DNA of 64,000 nt from Anthoceros angustus (GCA_010909165.1 MU008168.1:930001-994000), one strand, 5' to 3'; counted from the first letter of the stretch, positions 26,298 to 40,000 are shown. Notes: generated from the letters alone by a model not told the origin. Program-made: numbers and translations.

Positions 26298-26398
26298 TCA
26301 AGTATTGTCTTGTACGATAAGGGGGAGAGGAGGGCGGTAGGCAACCAACGTGTCTTGTACATATACGGTTCTGCCTCCTTGCACAAGTGGACTGTTTT

Positions 26399-26505
26399 CC
26401 AGATGTGCGGTGCTACCATGGTTTCAAGCCCTGATCGGGTTACAAACCCAATCCAGATGTGCGGTGCTACCATGGTTTCAAGCCCTGATCGGGTTACAAA
26501 CCCAA
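26399..26505. repeat. 54-bp tandem duplication
   Basis: CCAGATGTGCGGTGCTACCATGGTTTCAAGCCCTGATCGGGTTACAAACCCAAT x2. Confidence 0.95.
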
Positions 26506-27438
26506 ACACTGCTTTTGCTGCTGGTCAAGGTAGCTTGCGACGAGGGAATGCTTCTATGAACGTATGTCAATTTTATGACAAAGATGCTGATATGTTAAGC
26601 ACAAGGTATCCATGCTGACTGCCCTGCCGTATGCATTCCATATTTCTGCTTTTGGCTATGCAACGCTTGATGAGCAAGCGTACTCGAGGTGTGAAGATGA
26701 TTAGCACACCCGCTCCCTGTGCACTGGTCTTAAACCAAATTGTTTGTGTATTGAGTGCCGTGAATTCAATGGGGATGGACCACTCGTTGTCACCGGAGGC
26801 TCTGATAAGTGTGCAACGGTGACTATATCACAGCTCCAGTATTCCTCTCTTCTGATTGAGGTGGTGTGTCTCTAGTGCTGTGAGTCTTGCAACCTGCCAT
26901 GAGACTGCACACCTACATTCGCAGGATGTAGTTGAACCATAGGAAGAGGAACGTGTAAGGAGTCGTACCCCACTTCCACCGCCAGAGCATGGACCTCCCA
27001 GAGCCTCAACAGCAGCGTCCCACCACCAGACAGTCATGACATCATGACACAGCACAGGGCGCGCTCACGGTGTCAGCCTTCACGACGCCTCCTCCTTTGT
27101 GCCATCCGTTATGGGCGTCCGCCCATGCTGCTGCTACTGCTGAAGCGGGCTTCACCACCGCCAACTACTTCTTCTGCTGAATACCCACACATCCTCCTCC
27201 TCCTCCCCTCCACTCTGTTGGGTCCACAGCGGAAGCGGAAGCAGTGCCTACACCGGGAATTTGTCCGCAACTGAGACGCAAAGAACCGCCAAGCCAGAGA
27301 GCTGGCGTGCAGGACGCCTCGATTCCTAAACTTGGGCTTGCCAACCGGTCCTTTATACTGGTTTCTGTCCTGGTCGAGTAGGTGCTCATACGTTACATAT
27401 GATATGTATGCTTGTGTGAACATGGCTTGTGCAGCGAC

Positions 27439-30400
27439 ATGCAAGCAACCAAGGCTTCTTCTTTCTCCAATTCTGACAAGCTTGCGTGGACCTGGACCTG
27501 GACCTGGATATGGACATCGACATGGACATGGGTTCTGGTGCCCCTACGTCCCAGAGGAGCGTGTCGGAGGATGATCGTCACCTTCTCACACACTCAGGAC
27601 CAGCAACAGGAGGGGCGGGCAGCAGCAACTGCTGAAGACGTGAGCAGACTCTGTCAGCAAGGGAACCTCCCTGAAGCCGTCGAGGCTCTGGGACTTTTGG
27701 TTTGCACCCACTCTCATGTTTTCAGATCTCTCTTCTACACGGTCCTAAGAAAATGTGTGGCTACCAAGGATCTACTCCTGGGTCGCCGGGTTCATGCTCT
27801 CGCCGTCAAGAAGGGCTACGAGGCGGACACGTTCTTGTGCAACCACATCCTGCGAATGTATGCCTCTCATGCCAAGTTGCAAGAGGCAATGGATGTGTTT
27901 ACCCTGCTCGCCCAACCAGATGCCTTCACCTGGTCTGCCATAATTTCTTCCCATGTTAAACACCGACAAGATAAGCGGGCTCTGCAACTCTATCAGCAGA
28001 TGCGCAGGTCGAATGTGAAGCCAGATGGCCATGTGTTTGTCGCAGCCCTTCAGGCTTGTGCAAGGGGAGCAGACTTGGAATCCGGGCAGCAGGTGCATGC
28101 TCATGTCTTGGCTACTGGCATGGAGCCTAATTTGTTTATTTTTAATTGCTTGGTAGACATGTATGCAAAATGTGGTAGCTTGGAAGACGCCCAACGAGTG
28201 TTTGATTCGCTTCGTGAGAAGGATGTCGTGACATGGACTGCCATGATAGCAGGATATTCCCAGCAGGGCATGGGGCAGGAAGCTCTCCATCTTTACAGGG
28301 CTATGCAAGAAGAAGGCATCGTGGCACCCAATTCCATCACACTTGCGAGTCTCCTGCAGGCATGTGCAAGTGTGGGTGCCCTGGCTTTAGCCCAGGTAAG
28401 GAGCTCCATGCACACATTAAGGAACGAGGACTCAAGCTGATGTATTTGTGGCCAACAGTCTGGTAAACATGTATGCAAAGTGTGGCAGCCTGGAAGAAGC
28501 TCAGCAAGTATTTGACGGACTTGGTCACAAGAATGTGGTGACGTGGAGTGCCATGATCGCAGGATATTCCCAGCGGGGCATGGGCCTGGAAGCCCTCCGT
28601 CTCTACAACAGTATGCAAAGAGATTGCATGGTTGCACCGGATTCTGTGACATTTCTGTGCCTCCTTCAGGCCTGTGCAAGTCTGGGCAACTCCCAGGCTT
28701 TGGAGATGGGAAAGCAGCTGCATGCACAAATGGGAGAACAGGGACTTGACACTGATGTGTTTGCAGCCAGCAGTTTGGTAAACATGTATACAAAGTGTGG
28801 CAGCCTGGAGGATGCTAGGGGTGTGTTTGATAGGCTTGCTTCAAAAAATGTGGTGATTTGGAACGCAATGATTGCAGGATATTCCCAGCGGGGATTGCTC
28901 CTGGAAGCCCTTGATCTTTACACCGCTATGCAAGAAGAAGGCAAGGCTGCACCTGATGCTGTCACGTTTGTGTCCCTGCTGCAGGCGTGTGCAAGTGTAG
29001 GCACCCTGGCTTTGGAGAGGGGAAAGGAGCTTCATGCACAAACTAGAGAACAAGCGCTGCAGGCTGATGTGTTTGTTTCCAACAGTCTGGTGAACATGTA
29101 CGCCAAGTGTGGCAGCTTAGAGGATGCTCGGGCCGTGTTTAATGGACTTTGTCAGAAAGATGTGGTGACTTGGAATGCGATGCTGGCAGGATATTCCCAG
29201 CAGGGCATGGGTCAGGAGGCCCTTCGTCTTTGTAGTGCTATGCAAGAGGCAGGTGTGGCTGCACCCAATTCCGTGACATTTGTGTGCCTACTGCAGGCAT
29301 GTGCAAGTGTGGGCACCCCAGCTTTGGAGAAGGGGAGGCAGCTTCATGCCCAAATTAGAGAACAAGGACTTCAAGCTGATGTGTTTGTAGCCAACAGTCT
29401 AGTAAACATGTATGCAAAGTGTGGCAGCCTAGAGGATGCTAAGGGCGTGTTTGACAGGCTTCCGGAGAAGGATGTGGTGACATGGAACGTGATGATTACA
29501 GGTTATTCCCAGCAGGGCATGGGCATGGAAGCTCTTCGTCTTTTCTGTGGTATGCAAGAAGAAGGTCTGGCTGCACCCGATTATGTGACATTCCTGTCTC
29601 TCCTACAGGCCTGCGCAAGTGTGGGCACCCCAGCTTTGGAGCAGGGAAAGCAGCTTCATGCACGGGTCAGAGAAGGAGAAATTCAGGCTGATGTAGTTGT
29701 TGGTGGGAGCCTGGTACACATGTATGCAAAGTGTGGCACTCTTGAGGATGCTAGGGGTGTGTTTGAAGGACTAGTTCAAAAAGATGTGGTGGCATGGAAT
29801 GCCATGATACGAGGATATGCCCAGCAGGGCATGGGGTGGGAAGCCCTTGGTCTTGGCAGGCGTATGCTAGAAGGCATGGTTGCACCTGACTCTGTGACTT
29901 TCATGTCCCTCCTGCAGGCATGTGCTAGTGTGGGCGAGCCGGCTTTGGAGCAAGGGAAGCAGCTTCATGCTCAAGTTAGGGAGCAGGGATACGAAGGGGA
30001 TCCTATTGTTGCCAGCAGTTTGGTGAACATGTTCGCAAAGTGTGGCAGCTTGGAAGACAGTCAGAAAGTCTTTGACGGACTTGGTGAAAAAGACGTGGTG
30101 ATGTGGACTTCCCTGATAGCAGGGTATTCCCAGCAGGGCATGGGACATGAAGCCCTTCGTCTTTTTAGTGCTATGCAAGGAGAAGGCATCGTTGCACCTG
30201 ATTCTGTGACCTATGTTTGCCTCCTCCAGGCCTGTGCAAGTTTGGGCACCCAGGCTCTGGAGACGGGAAGGCAGCTTCATGCACAAATTAAAGACCAAGG
30301 AATCGAAACTGATGTGTTTGTAGCCAACAGTTTGGTGAGCATGTTTGCAAAATGCGGCAGCCTGGAGGATGCTCGGGCCGTGTTTGACGTACTTCGTGAA

Positions 30401-31303
30401 AAAAGTGTGGTAACGTGGAATTCCATGATTGCAGGGTATTCCCAACAGGACATGGTGCCGGAAGCCCTTGCTCTTTACCGAGCTATGCAAGAAGGAGGCG
30501 TGGTTGCACCCGACTGTGTGACGTATATGTGCCTCCTGCAGACATGTGGAAATGTGGCAGCTTTGCATCTGGGAAGGCAGCTTCATGCGCTGATCAAAGA
30601 GCAAGGGCTTCAAGCTGACGTTGCTGGCAGCTTGATAAACATGTACGGCAAGTGCGGTAGCATGGTTGATGCACAGCAGGTGTTTGAGGCATTGTCTGAA
30701 CGCGATGTTGTCACTTGGAGTGCACTGATTGCAGGGTATGCCCGGCGGGGAGACAGCGAAATGGTGTTCGACCTGTTTCTCAAAATGGGAGAGGATGGCA
30801 CACAGCCTGACGGCATCACTTTCCTGAGTGTACTAGCAGTATGCAGTCATCGGGGTTTAGTGAGCAAGGGGAGGCACTACTTTCATGCCATGAGCAGACA
30901 CCATGGCATCACCCCCACGGCAGACCACTATACCTGCATGGTGGATCTGCTGGGTCGTGTCGGACAAGTGGAGGAGGCCCTTGCGTTTGTAAGGGCAATG
31001 CCTGTACTTGCTGGAATTGCAGTGTGGCACACTCTCCTGGGTGCCTGTCGAAAATGGGGCAACGTGGAGGTGGGACGCCATGCCTTTGGTGAGGCAGTGA
31101 AGCTGGACGAGAGAGATGCCGCAGCATATGTGTTGATGTGGAACATATTCACCGATGCGCACATGTGGGAGCAGGCACAGGAGATTCAGGCGAGGAGGAA
31201 AGGAACCAGGGCCTGGAAGCAACCAGGCCAGAGTTGGTGGACAGACATGGACGGACTGGTGCACAGTTTCTTGGTTGGGGATGGCAAAAGCGGAAGCAGG
31301 TAA
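27439..31303 (+). CDS. Long PLS-class PPR protein (~32 motifs) with E1/E2 and truncated WW-type PG box; two 1-bp frameshifts at ~28396 and ~28432; start uncertain
   Basis: N-terminal L-S, nine P1-L1-S1 triplets, P2-L2-S2 (CSHRGLV, DHYTCMVDLLGR), E1 (VWHTLLGACR), E2, then KQPGQSWWTDMDGLVHSFLVGDGKSGSR-stop. Confidence 0.92.
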
Positions 31304-31644
31304 CATTTTGCAAATCGGAATATTTATGCAAAGAGAGCTGCACAAACCTATGACCACATTACACGGGTGCCAGCTTGGTTGATCCTACACTCAATTTCGT
31401 TCCTGCCCTGAGCGATCACTCCTTGCGTTCCAGGGGAACAAACAAATGATGGGAAGCAAAGTCGTTTTTGCGTAAGAACTCTCATTAGATCATCCTGTTG
31501 TAATTGTAGTTGGCTCACACATTCCTCCTGTAATGTAATAGCTCCATAGAACAGAGGAGAGCGGAGCTGAGGTTTTCCTCCGACCTGCCCTGTTGACTGC
31601 AAAATTGGTTTCCCCACAATAAGAGCTGGTCACGCGTCACACGT

Positions 31645-34600
31645 CTATGACGTCGTCTCCATTCCCAGAGTCTTCGTCACCTCGGATTCTCCAGTCCCCC
31701 TGCATCGCCACACCCGCTTGGTGAGCTTCCACCAGCACGCACGCGCAAGCAACAACACAGACCCGTCTCTCAAACCCATTACCTCATTAAACAAGTCATC
31801 GAAACGAAGAGTTGCTATCCCGTTGACACCTCCTGATGACGAATTACCGGATGATCGACCACTGCCTTTCACACCACCGATCTCTTCCTCATCACTGTCA
31901 CTATCTGCCTCAACTGCAACATCTTTGCCGGCTGGAGATGCCCATGGTTCAAGCTCTTCATCTTCCTCGACCACTGTATCTCCGCTACGGGCTGCCCGGG
32001 GCTGTCTATCTCGCTTTGTGTCATCCTTCAGAGTTGCAGGATTTCCCCAGTAATCATTCCTCCAAGACTTGTCACGCGGGTCATACCGTTTCTTCCCAAG
32101 CTCACTTTCAGACATATAGCGTCCAGGTTCCTCCAAGGGCAGCCCGACTTGAAGCCGGCTGAAGGAAGAAGACAAGAGAACACCCAAGGCTTAGCCCATA
32201 TTACCTCACTCCCCAAGGAGCACACAAATCCCAACTCAAAACACCAACCATGCCGTGTCGCGGGCAAGTGCATCTTCTTCCTCTTGGAAACGTCGATTGT
32301 GCATATTGTTAAGTTCCTCCATTCTCTTTTCTAGCCGTAACTTTGGCATCTTAAAGTTGTCACCTTCTTCGTCTTGTAGCTTATGTATCCACTGCCCATA
32401 TCGCACAACTTCAAGTCAGGGCTTTTGCCCATCATAAGTTATGGGAGCCAAAATCTGCGGACAAGAACCAGGGTGGCAACTCGTATCCAAGTCTAGAAAA
32501 CAGATCAGAAAACGCACCTTTCTCTCTGCACGGGCTGCCTCTAGATCCAACTCGGAAACATCCGTTTTCTGAACACAACAACAGAGAGGTGTCAAGGCTC
32601 TTGCCACCTCATCGTTCAAGACTGCAAAAACAGCTGGACTGCACAATGGTGTCACCAATTTCAATGTAGGAAGATCATCCTCGTCCTCTCCGTAGTCCCA
32701 CCAAACTGACTCTCCATTTGGTCCACGGAGGTCCACAGGCCCAGAATCCACAACTTTCCAATTCTCGTTTTCAAACTCATCATCAGTCGACTTCCCCTCC
32801 TCGTCATCAAGAATCATCTGCTCTGAAACATGTAGCTGCCACAACTGTGGCAGGTTCACGGCGGGTTCAGTAATGCTTTTGCGGTGGTCAAATCTTCAGA
32901 AACATCACCAGCATCCAAAGGCACGCTAAAAGACGCAATGCACCTTACTTTGGGTACATGTGGATGGACTATGACGTTGAGTCTGTCTTCAGCATCCTTC
33001 TCTGGCCTTAACTCTGGCAAGAACGGCCGGTGTGTTTCCCTCTGCATCCATGGACAAATGCTAAGTGCTTGGCCTGGACTTCAGACGATGGTGTCTAACG
33101 TCATAGTGAAGTGCTTACAGCAAGGTCATCCAAGCTGGCATCTCCAGGCCTTGTCATGATGGGAGGATAATCAAATCTCTTGAATCTGCAACATCAGCAA
33201 CAAGGAGCTCGAGGAGACCGAAGCAATACATGTGCCTCCAGGAATGAACTGAGATGGATCATAAAATCGTGAAAACCAACATGAGAGCATGAGATGGGAA
33301 AGATGTCCGCACATAAGATCATCGATATTCGGGTCCACAAACCGAGCCTCGATAGGAAAACGGTAACGATACGGGTCTCTCTTCGCCTGCAAGAACGCAA
33401 GATGAATGCCAAAATCTGGACAAAAATGAACAGCTTACCCCTAACAGAGATAGCGGAACAGCCTTGCTTACCAGTATCTCTATGTGAACACGCATGCCTA
33501 CTTTGACGTAATTCCTTATATAGAACCAGTCGTTGTCGCGAATTGGAACCCAACTGCACAGTTGCAGAATTTACAGGGTAAGCTTCAGTATCCCGAGATC
33601 TGTTAAGGTGATTTACGGTGAACTCATCCCAAATAACAACACCGCATCGAAAGGAACTGACAAACAGCAGGGCGTGGCTTACGCATCATGCACACAACCG
33701 ATAGTGACGAAAGCCCCTTCGTACAGATTGACACAACTCACTTCGCCCCACCAATGCTGCCAGTGCAACAGTTCCCATGATCCACTGTCTTGCAAAATGA
33801 CTTGAAAGCAATGGAGGTGTGCACAAGTTCAAGCAAGGAACCGGTCCAGGGTGTAACTACACCAACCTGTCCAGGGTAAACAAACGGCAGCTCGTACTGG
33901 TGTTGTTGAGGAGCAAGAGGCAATAAGAGTTAGTATTGTTCCAAGCCTGCATTCCTCAAACAGCATCGGCACAGGCAGTATTCGTCAATAGATCCACACA
34001 GATGGGGTAGCAGGAGTTTGTGGTCATGGAAAGAAGCCCACCATCCAATCGCCTAGATACTTGTCTCCTGTTCGCCGTCTTCCAGGATAATATTCTGGAT
34101 CCACCTCAAGTGCCTCCGCGTCCAGACGGTCTTTATTGGCGGCAAACCAGTGTGCATATTGCTTGAGGAACATTTCCCACCTAGGTGTGGCAACCTCTGC
34201 ACCTTCAGGTTGTACATTCTCCAAGTCCTCAGGTGTCACAGGCACAGCACTCAAAGCATGGGCCTCACGAATGAAGGCGAGTTCATCTGGATCAACCTCC
34301 CAGCCGGGGGGAGGCCAATCCCTGGGTGGAATGAGGGTGAAAACCCAGGGGTCGTTCCAGAACGTGCCCTCGATAGATGTATTGGGCTTCTCCTGCTTCT
34401 GAGCATTCTTTTCAGCCTCCTCCTCCAAAATTCTTTGTTTCTCGGCTCGCTTCTTGGGAATGAGATTCTCGATGGCCTCCATGGACACCTCCGGATTTTC
34501 CTCGCCGTCCGCCAGGCTGTCGATGGCAAACTGAGCCTCGGGCGTCAAAATTTCCTCCCATGGAGCCCAGCCTCTGAGAACCCAGTTCTTCCTCCTTGCC

Positions 34601-34911
34601 TCGTCCTCGGTCTCCGTGGCCTCCATGTCAGGATAATCACGTTCCTCAAAGGGCACGAAGTCAGTTTCCGGCGGCTCCGATGCTGCACGACGGAGCGGGG
34701 GCCGCTCATTTTTGTGGGTGTGGACAATCCTGCCATGCGGGAGCGGGGGGATCCTGCAGAATGTAAGAGGGGAAACACCTGCGATAGTGCACTGCGTAGC
34801 CACGGACGATGGCCTCCCCTTCCCCTCGTAGCGCCCAGCCGAAGATAACCGACGTCTGCCACTCCTGCTGCCTTTCATGCAAGGACACAGGCTCCACTCA
34901 AGCCCCGCCAT
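31645..34911 (-). CDS. PTAC10: Plastid transcriptionally active chromosome 10 (PAP3, S1-domain PEP-associated protein), multi-exon; ends approximate
   Basis: Exon peptides DPEYYPGRRRTG, YELPFVYPGQ, AKRDPYRYRFPIEARFVDPNID, LWQLHVSEQMILDD, GLPLEEPGRY match the recalled pTAC10 sequence; Ser/Arg-rich transit-peptide-like N-terminus. Confidence 0.88.
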
Positions 34912-35077
34912 GGTGTCCTCAGGAGCCTGCCAACTCCTTGCTCACCAGGGAGCCCAGAGATTTGCCTACGTCCACCTCACCAGCTTCATCTACATCTCCG
35001 CTTTTAACGGAGTACGCAGGGATCCTCGAGCTCCCCTCTTCCTCCTCCAACCTGTCCAACCTGGGGAACAAAGTGCT

Positions 35078-35092
35078 AAACCCTAAACCCTG
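35078..35092. promoter_or_regulatory. Telo-box-like motif upstream of PTAC10
   Basis: AAACCCTAAACCCTG about 170 bp upstream of the inferred start. Confidence 0.35.
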
Positions 35093-36053
35093 AACCTTGT
35101 CCATTGAGCCGTGGTCTGGTAGGAGTGGTACGTGTTTGGCGTGAACATTCAGACATACTGGAGGTGCAGACATGAGAAGGTGTGTGCAGCAGCAGCAGCG
35201 TTACGAGCACGACGCGGAAAAGATGATCCGCTGGTTGCCCAATCTTCCGGTCCAAGCTTTCAACAGGCTAGGATGCCACTAGGGATGGAAGAAACGTGGT
35301 GGAACTGATGCTACCTTCCATCTCAACGGGAATAAGGCTTATGGAGATAGAGTCGCTTCATGGTCCATGGAGAATGCCACGGCTTTTGCGCTTGGTTTGC
35401 TGCTTTGATGGTGGGATGTCTTTCACTCGCACATTGCAGTGCACGTTAGTCCCAGCTCGTGTCACACAGTTCCGATGCGAGTGCGAAAATCTTCAGCCCG
35501 TGGATTCACCATGGCTCTGGAACATGAGCACGAAGTCTTTAGCAATTGCGTTTGAGCGTCCGAATCCATGGATCAAGGAGTATGGTCGGTCAGGTTAAAC
35601 CTTTCCTACCGGGTTTCAGAAAAAATATATTTATTTTGTTAGGAGGATCAGCAGAAAACGAGATTCATGGAAATCATGTTAACCGACACTGAATTAGAAC
35701 TTACTTGAGTGTGTGTCCTTGAGGACTTGGCATTCTGACTATCCCGCTTCTTTGGACGTTCTTAACCACCTGCCTCTCTCACCTGCAAGCAAGTCCACAA
35801 ATTCTACATTTCTCCTAGTGTGCAAGAACTAGTAAGATGGGGATTTTCTCCCATCTAATTTCTTTTCTAACTTGTTCCTAGGAACTTCCTGCTAACTCTC
35901 CACATGTGAATCCCATGATAGGGCTTGGTTTTGAAGTTTGTAAATGACCCTCTATTCTTGTAGTGTGAGCTGGAAAAAGCTTGATATATTTTTTCTTAGT
36001 TCCAAGCATCCGAGTTTTGAGGACCCAGCGAAACAACCAAAGGTGTTCATCAA

Positions 36054-36199
36054 GGTCTTCGTGGGGGATCTGTAGAATGAAGGGAGCACTGACATGACTC
36101 CAACCTTCCTAGCACCAGCTTTGGTTGTTCATGAGGGTCTTCATGGGGGATCTGTAGAATGAAGGGAGCACTGTCATGACTCCAACCTTCCAAGCACCA
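36054..36199. repeat. Diverged tandem duplication, ~81-bp period
   Basis: GGTCTTC(G/A)TGGGGGATCTGTAGAATGAAGGGAGCACTG(A/T)CATGACTCCAACCTTCC(T/A)AGCACCAG x2. Confidence 0.85.
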
Positions 36200-36243
36200 G
36201 GCGGGTCTGAAAAAGCCACCTCTTCCATTTCCTAAGTTACTTT

Positions 36244-36423
36244 TGTTCCGGACCCTCGAGCATCTGAATTGCGGAAAAACTGAACATGCTGGAGGGTGAG
36301 AGCACCAAAACAAAGAGTGTGATGGCAACTGAATTGAATGTGGCGATGCGTGCATATGTACGGATGAGGCGATCGCCCTAAATAAGTATCTTAAGTTAAC
36401 CGTAAGAGGTTACTAGTCTAACA
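36244..36423 (-). repeat. 3' LTR of copia-2 (180 bp)
   Basis: Matches 42351-42533; differences concentrated in one ~45-bp patch. Confidence 0.96.
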
Positions 36424-37075
36424 CTCCCACTTAACCTCGAACGGGTTAAAGGTAAGAAACTCTAGGCAAGGACCCAGAAACGCAGCAACTAACAAAAACG
36501 TCTTCCAAAAAACGATCTCCTCAGCTCGCGACTCTAAGCCGAGCCCATAATCCCGATCTCCAACATCAGGTTTCCTCCAGACAAAATCCTGCCAATGATC
36601 GTCGTTGTCATTGCAATGTGCCGCCTAGTCGGGTTCTTAATACTCTGCATCCCCGCGCTTGCTAAGAGCATCTCCACTGTACATGTCACCAGGATGGTGA
36701 AAACCATGGTGTGCGGGCACAGCAACAAAACCAAGCCAAAGGTGCCCGAATCGCAGTCAGACTTGTTGACAAGGAGGACGAACGAGACTTGACGGTGGCA
36801 GTGCGAAGGGTGCATGAAAAGCGGCGGCAGGTGCGGCTTTCGGAGGCGAGGCAGAAGGAAAGAAAGGAGTGGGGAGAAGCCAGTTTTAAAACTAAGAGAT
36901 TCCTGCAAAGGAAAATAAAGGTAAAGGCTTCAAGTTGCTAGCTCTGCTCACAATTAGATTAAACTGATAAGATTCATCCACTGAGACAGGCTATGTGTTC
37001 TCCCACTTACAGCGAACTGTGTATGTGGAGTATAGGAGCTGTAGAAAATGTGAAAATCACTGAACACTAAGGACC

Positions 37076-40000
37076 TCAGCTCCTGTAGACTGTTTCTGCT
37101 TCATGCAGAAAAGTAGGTAGAAAATTCATGAGCCCCAACCCCTCAATGTGCGTTTCATGCTTATGTCTGGGAAGAGCCTTTGTGAGGATATCAGCTGTAT
37201 TTGCATCAGTGTGAACATAAGTAGGTAAGACCTCACCCCTAGATTTGACATCCCTGATATAATGATGCTGAATTTCTATGTGTTTAGTACGGGCATGAAA
37301 ACGAGGACGCTCAACTAACTCAAGGGCAGACTGGCTATCACTAAAGAGGGTGGTAGGTTTGGATTGAGTAGCATGGACTGAATCAAGGAAAACTCTCTCC
37401 CACTCAGCTTCTTTTGCTGATTCTGTGAGACACTTGTATTCTGCCTCAGTGCTGGACTGAGCAATGCTTGTCTGTTTCTTGCAGGACCAGCTGATGGCAG
37501 CAGAAGATAAGAGGAAAACATAGGCAGAAAGGCTCTTACGGGAGTCGAAGTCAGAAGCCCAGTCGGCATCAGCAAAACCATGCAAGGTAGGAGCTAACCC
37601 AGTCCGTTTATAGCATAAACCTAAGTAACGTGTGCCTCTCAAATATCTGAATATGCGCTTAACTGCTGTCCAATGGCTGCGTCCAGGGCACTCAAGGAAC
37701 TGAGAAGCAGTGTTGACAGCAAATGTAATATCGGGGCGAGTCCAATTACTAACAAAAAGGAGGCTGCCAACAGCGTGCCTATAGGGCACATCCTTCATAT
37801 CTGCTTTATCCAAATCTGAGGTAGGGCAATCATCCTTGCTGAGTCTTGTACCAGTAGCAGCAGGAGTAGCAGCATGATGGGCATTTGTCATATGAAAACG
37901 CTGCAGAATCTCTGAGATATACTTATGCTGATGAATAATGATCATGCCTTGTTCTCGCACTCGCAGGACCTGAATTCCCAAGCAGAACTTCAGCTCACCA
38001 ACATCAGTCATGTCGAATTCGCCTCGCAGCATAGTCTGAACTCGAGCTAACAGATTTTTGTCATTTGCAGCAAAAATGGCATCGTCAACATATACAGCAA
38101 GCAAAACATATAAAGCCCCATCATCAAAAATGTAAACTGAAGGATCAGCAGGACTCTGATGAAAGCCAAGACCCTTCAGGCAAGTATCCAAACGAGCATT
38201 CCAATGTTCTACAGATTGTTTTAAGCCGTAGATGCATTTGATAAGCTTGCAAACCCAGTCATGATGTGCAGGGTCCTCATAGCCTTCGGGCTGCTCCATG
38301 TACAGTTCCTCTTCCAAAACACCATGGAGAAAAGCAGTCTTAACGTCCATTTGCTGGAGCTCAAGATCATGCTCAGCTGCTAAGCCAAGCATGAGACGAA
38401 TAGACTGAGAACGTACCACCGGAGAGAAGGTTTCTTGGAAATCCAGGCCAGGTATCTGCGTAAAGCCTCGTGCACATAATCGAGCCTTGTACCGTGCTAT
38501 TTCACCAGCTGCATTAAGCTTGTGTTTAAACACCCATTTGCAGGTGATGGGACGTCGGCCTGCTGGGAAAGGGACCAGCTTCCATGTTCCATTTTGGATT
38601 AGGCTGTTATACTCGTCATCAACAGCTGCTTTCCACTTTGCTTTATCAGGACCAGTAAAGGCTTCTGTAAGGGTGATAGGTTCTGGAGGAACAAAGGGAA
38701 TAGCAGACTGAGCTGAGGGTAAACAAACTCCCACTGACCTTCGAAAGTCTATTGACTCCACATAATCCTGCAACCTAACAGGAGGATTTCTAATTCGTTC
38801 TGAACGACGTATAGGTGGGACAGGAGCAACTGGTGTAGGTACAGGATCATGGTTATCTTCAGCATCAGATGAAGTGTTAGTGGAATTCTGTGAGAGAAGT
38901 TCATCCTGGACATTAGAATCAGCTTCATCGATCTCTAAATTTTCTTCTGGCTGATCAGGTGTGGCTGGTACCTCAGGAACAAAATTATCTGCATCCAAAA
39001 GAGGAAGGGGTAAAGCTGGAGCAACTGGCTGCAAATCAGGCTCATGAGGTACAGGTGCAACAGGAGTGATAGAATCATCATCTGCATCATGTGGATATTC
39101 AGCCATCTCCTCTGAACACAACAAGTCTGTGGACTGTCCAGGCAGGGCTCCATGCTCAAGTACAGGTGGATGCAATATCTCCATAAAGGTAACACTTCTG
39201 GAAACTGTAGGTTGCAAAGTGATAGGATTGATAAGCTTATATGCCTTAGTTATCTCATTTCCGTCGCTTCTCTGCAGGGACATAAGCAAAAGCCTTGGAG
39301 CCAAAGACGCGTAAATGCATAACACTTGGCTTCCTATTCCAGAAGAATTCATAGGGAGTTTTATTTGGCAAAGCTGTGGTGGTGAGCCTGTTTAAGATAT
39401 AAGTAGCTGTAACCACAGCTTCCGCCCAATATGGAGATGAAAGGCCTGACCACAACAACATGGACCTGGTCATTCCCATCAGCGTCTGATTCTTCCTTTC
39501 CGCTACACCATTCTGTTGTTGTGTGTAGGGAACAATAAGCTGATGTATGATGCCTCTGTCTTCCAGGAATTTTGTGAAAGCATTACTAACAAATTCACCA
39601 CCGTTGTCAGATCTGAAGACCTTGAGGAGGCGGCCAGTTTGCCTTTGTACCATTGTCAACCACTCTTGGAACAAAGGAAAAGTATCGTTCTTTCGGTGCA
39701 TAGGGAAGGTCCAAGTATATCTACTGAAGTCATCAGTGAGTGTGAGGTAATATTCAGCCCCACCTAGAGAAGGAACTTCCAGTCTTCCTGAGATGTCTGA
39801 ATGCACCAAATCAAGGACTGTTGTTGTTCTGTGAGCAGGTGTGCGAGGAAATGGCACTTCACGCTGTTTTGCCAATGCACAGATCTCACATATAGGAAGC
39901 TCCTTAAAACATGAAGGTAAGGGTTCCCTGTAACATTCCTGTCTAGAAGATGCCAAGAGTTTAGCCTTGTTAGCATGACCAAGGCGTGCATGCCACAGCC

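Noticed and set aside
28396-28436. GTAAGG as an intron donor that would repair the PPR frameshift
   Set aside because: The skipped sequence is PPR coding (KELHAHIKERG), and splicing to the nearest AG does not restore the downstream frame.
31304-31640. Possible continuation of the DYW:WW domain after the stop
   Set aside because: No HSEKLA-like or CxxCH motif in any plus-strand frame before the end of PTAC10.
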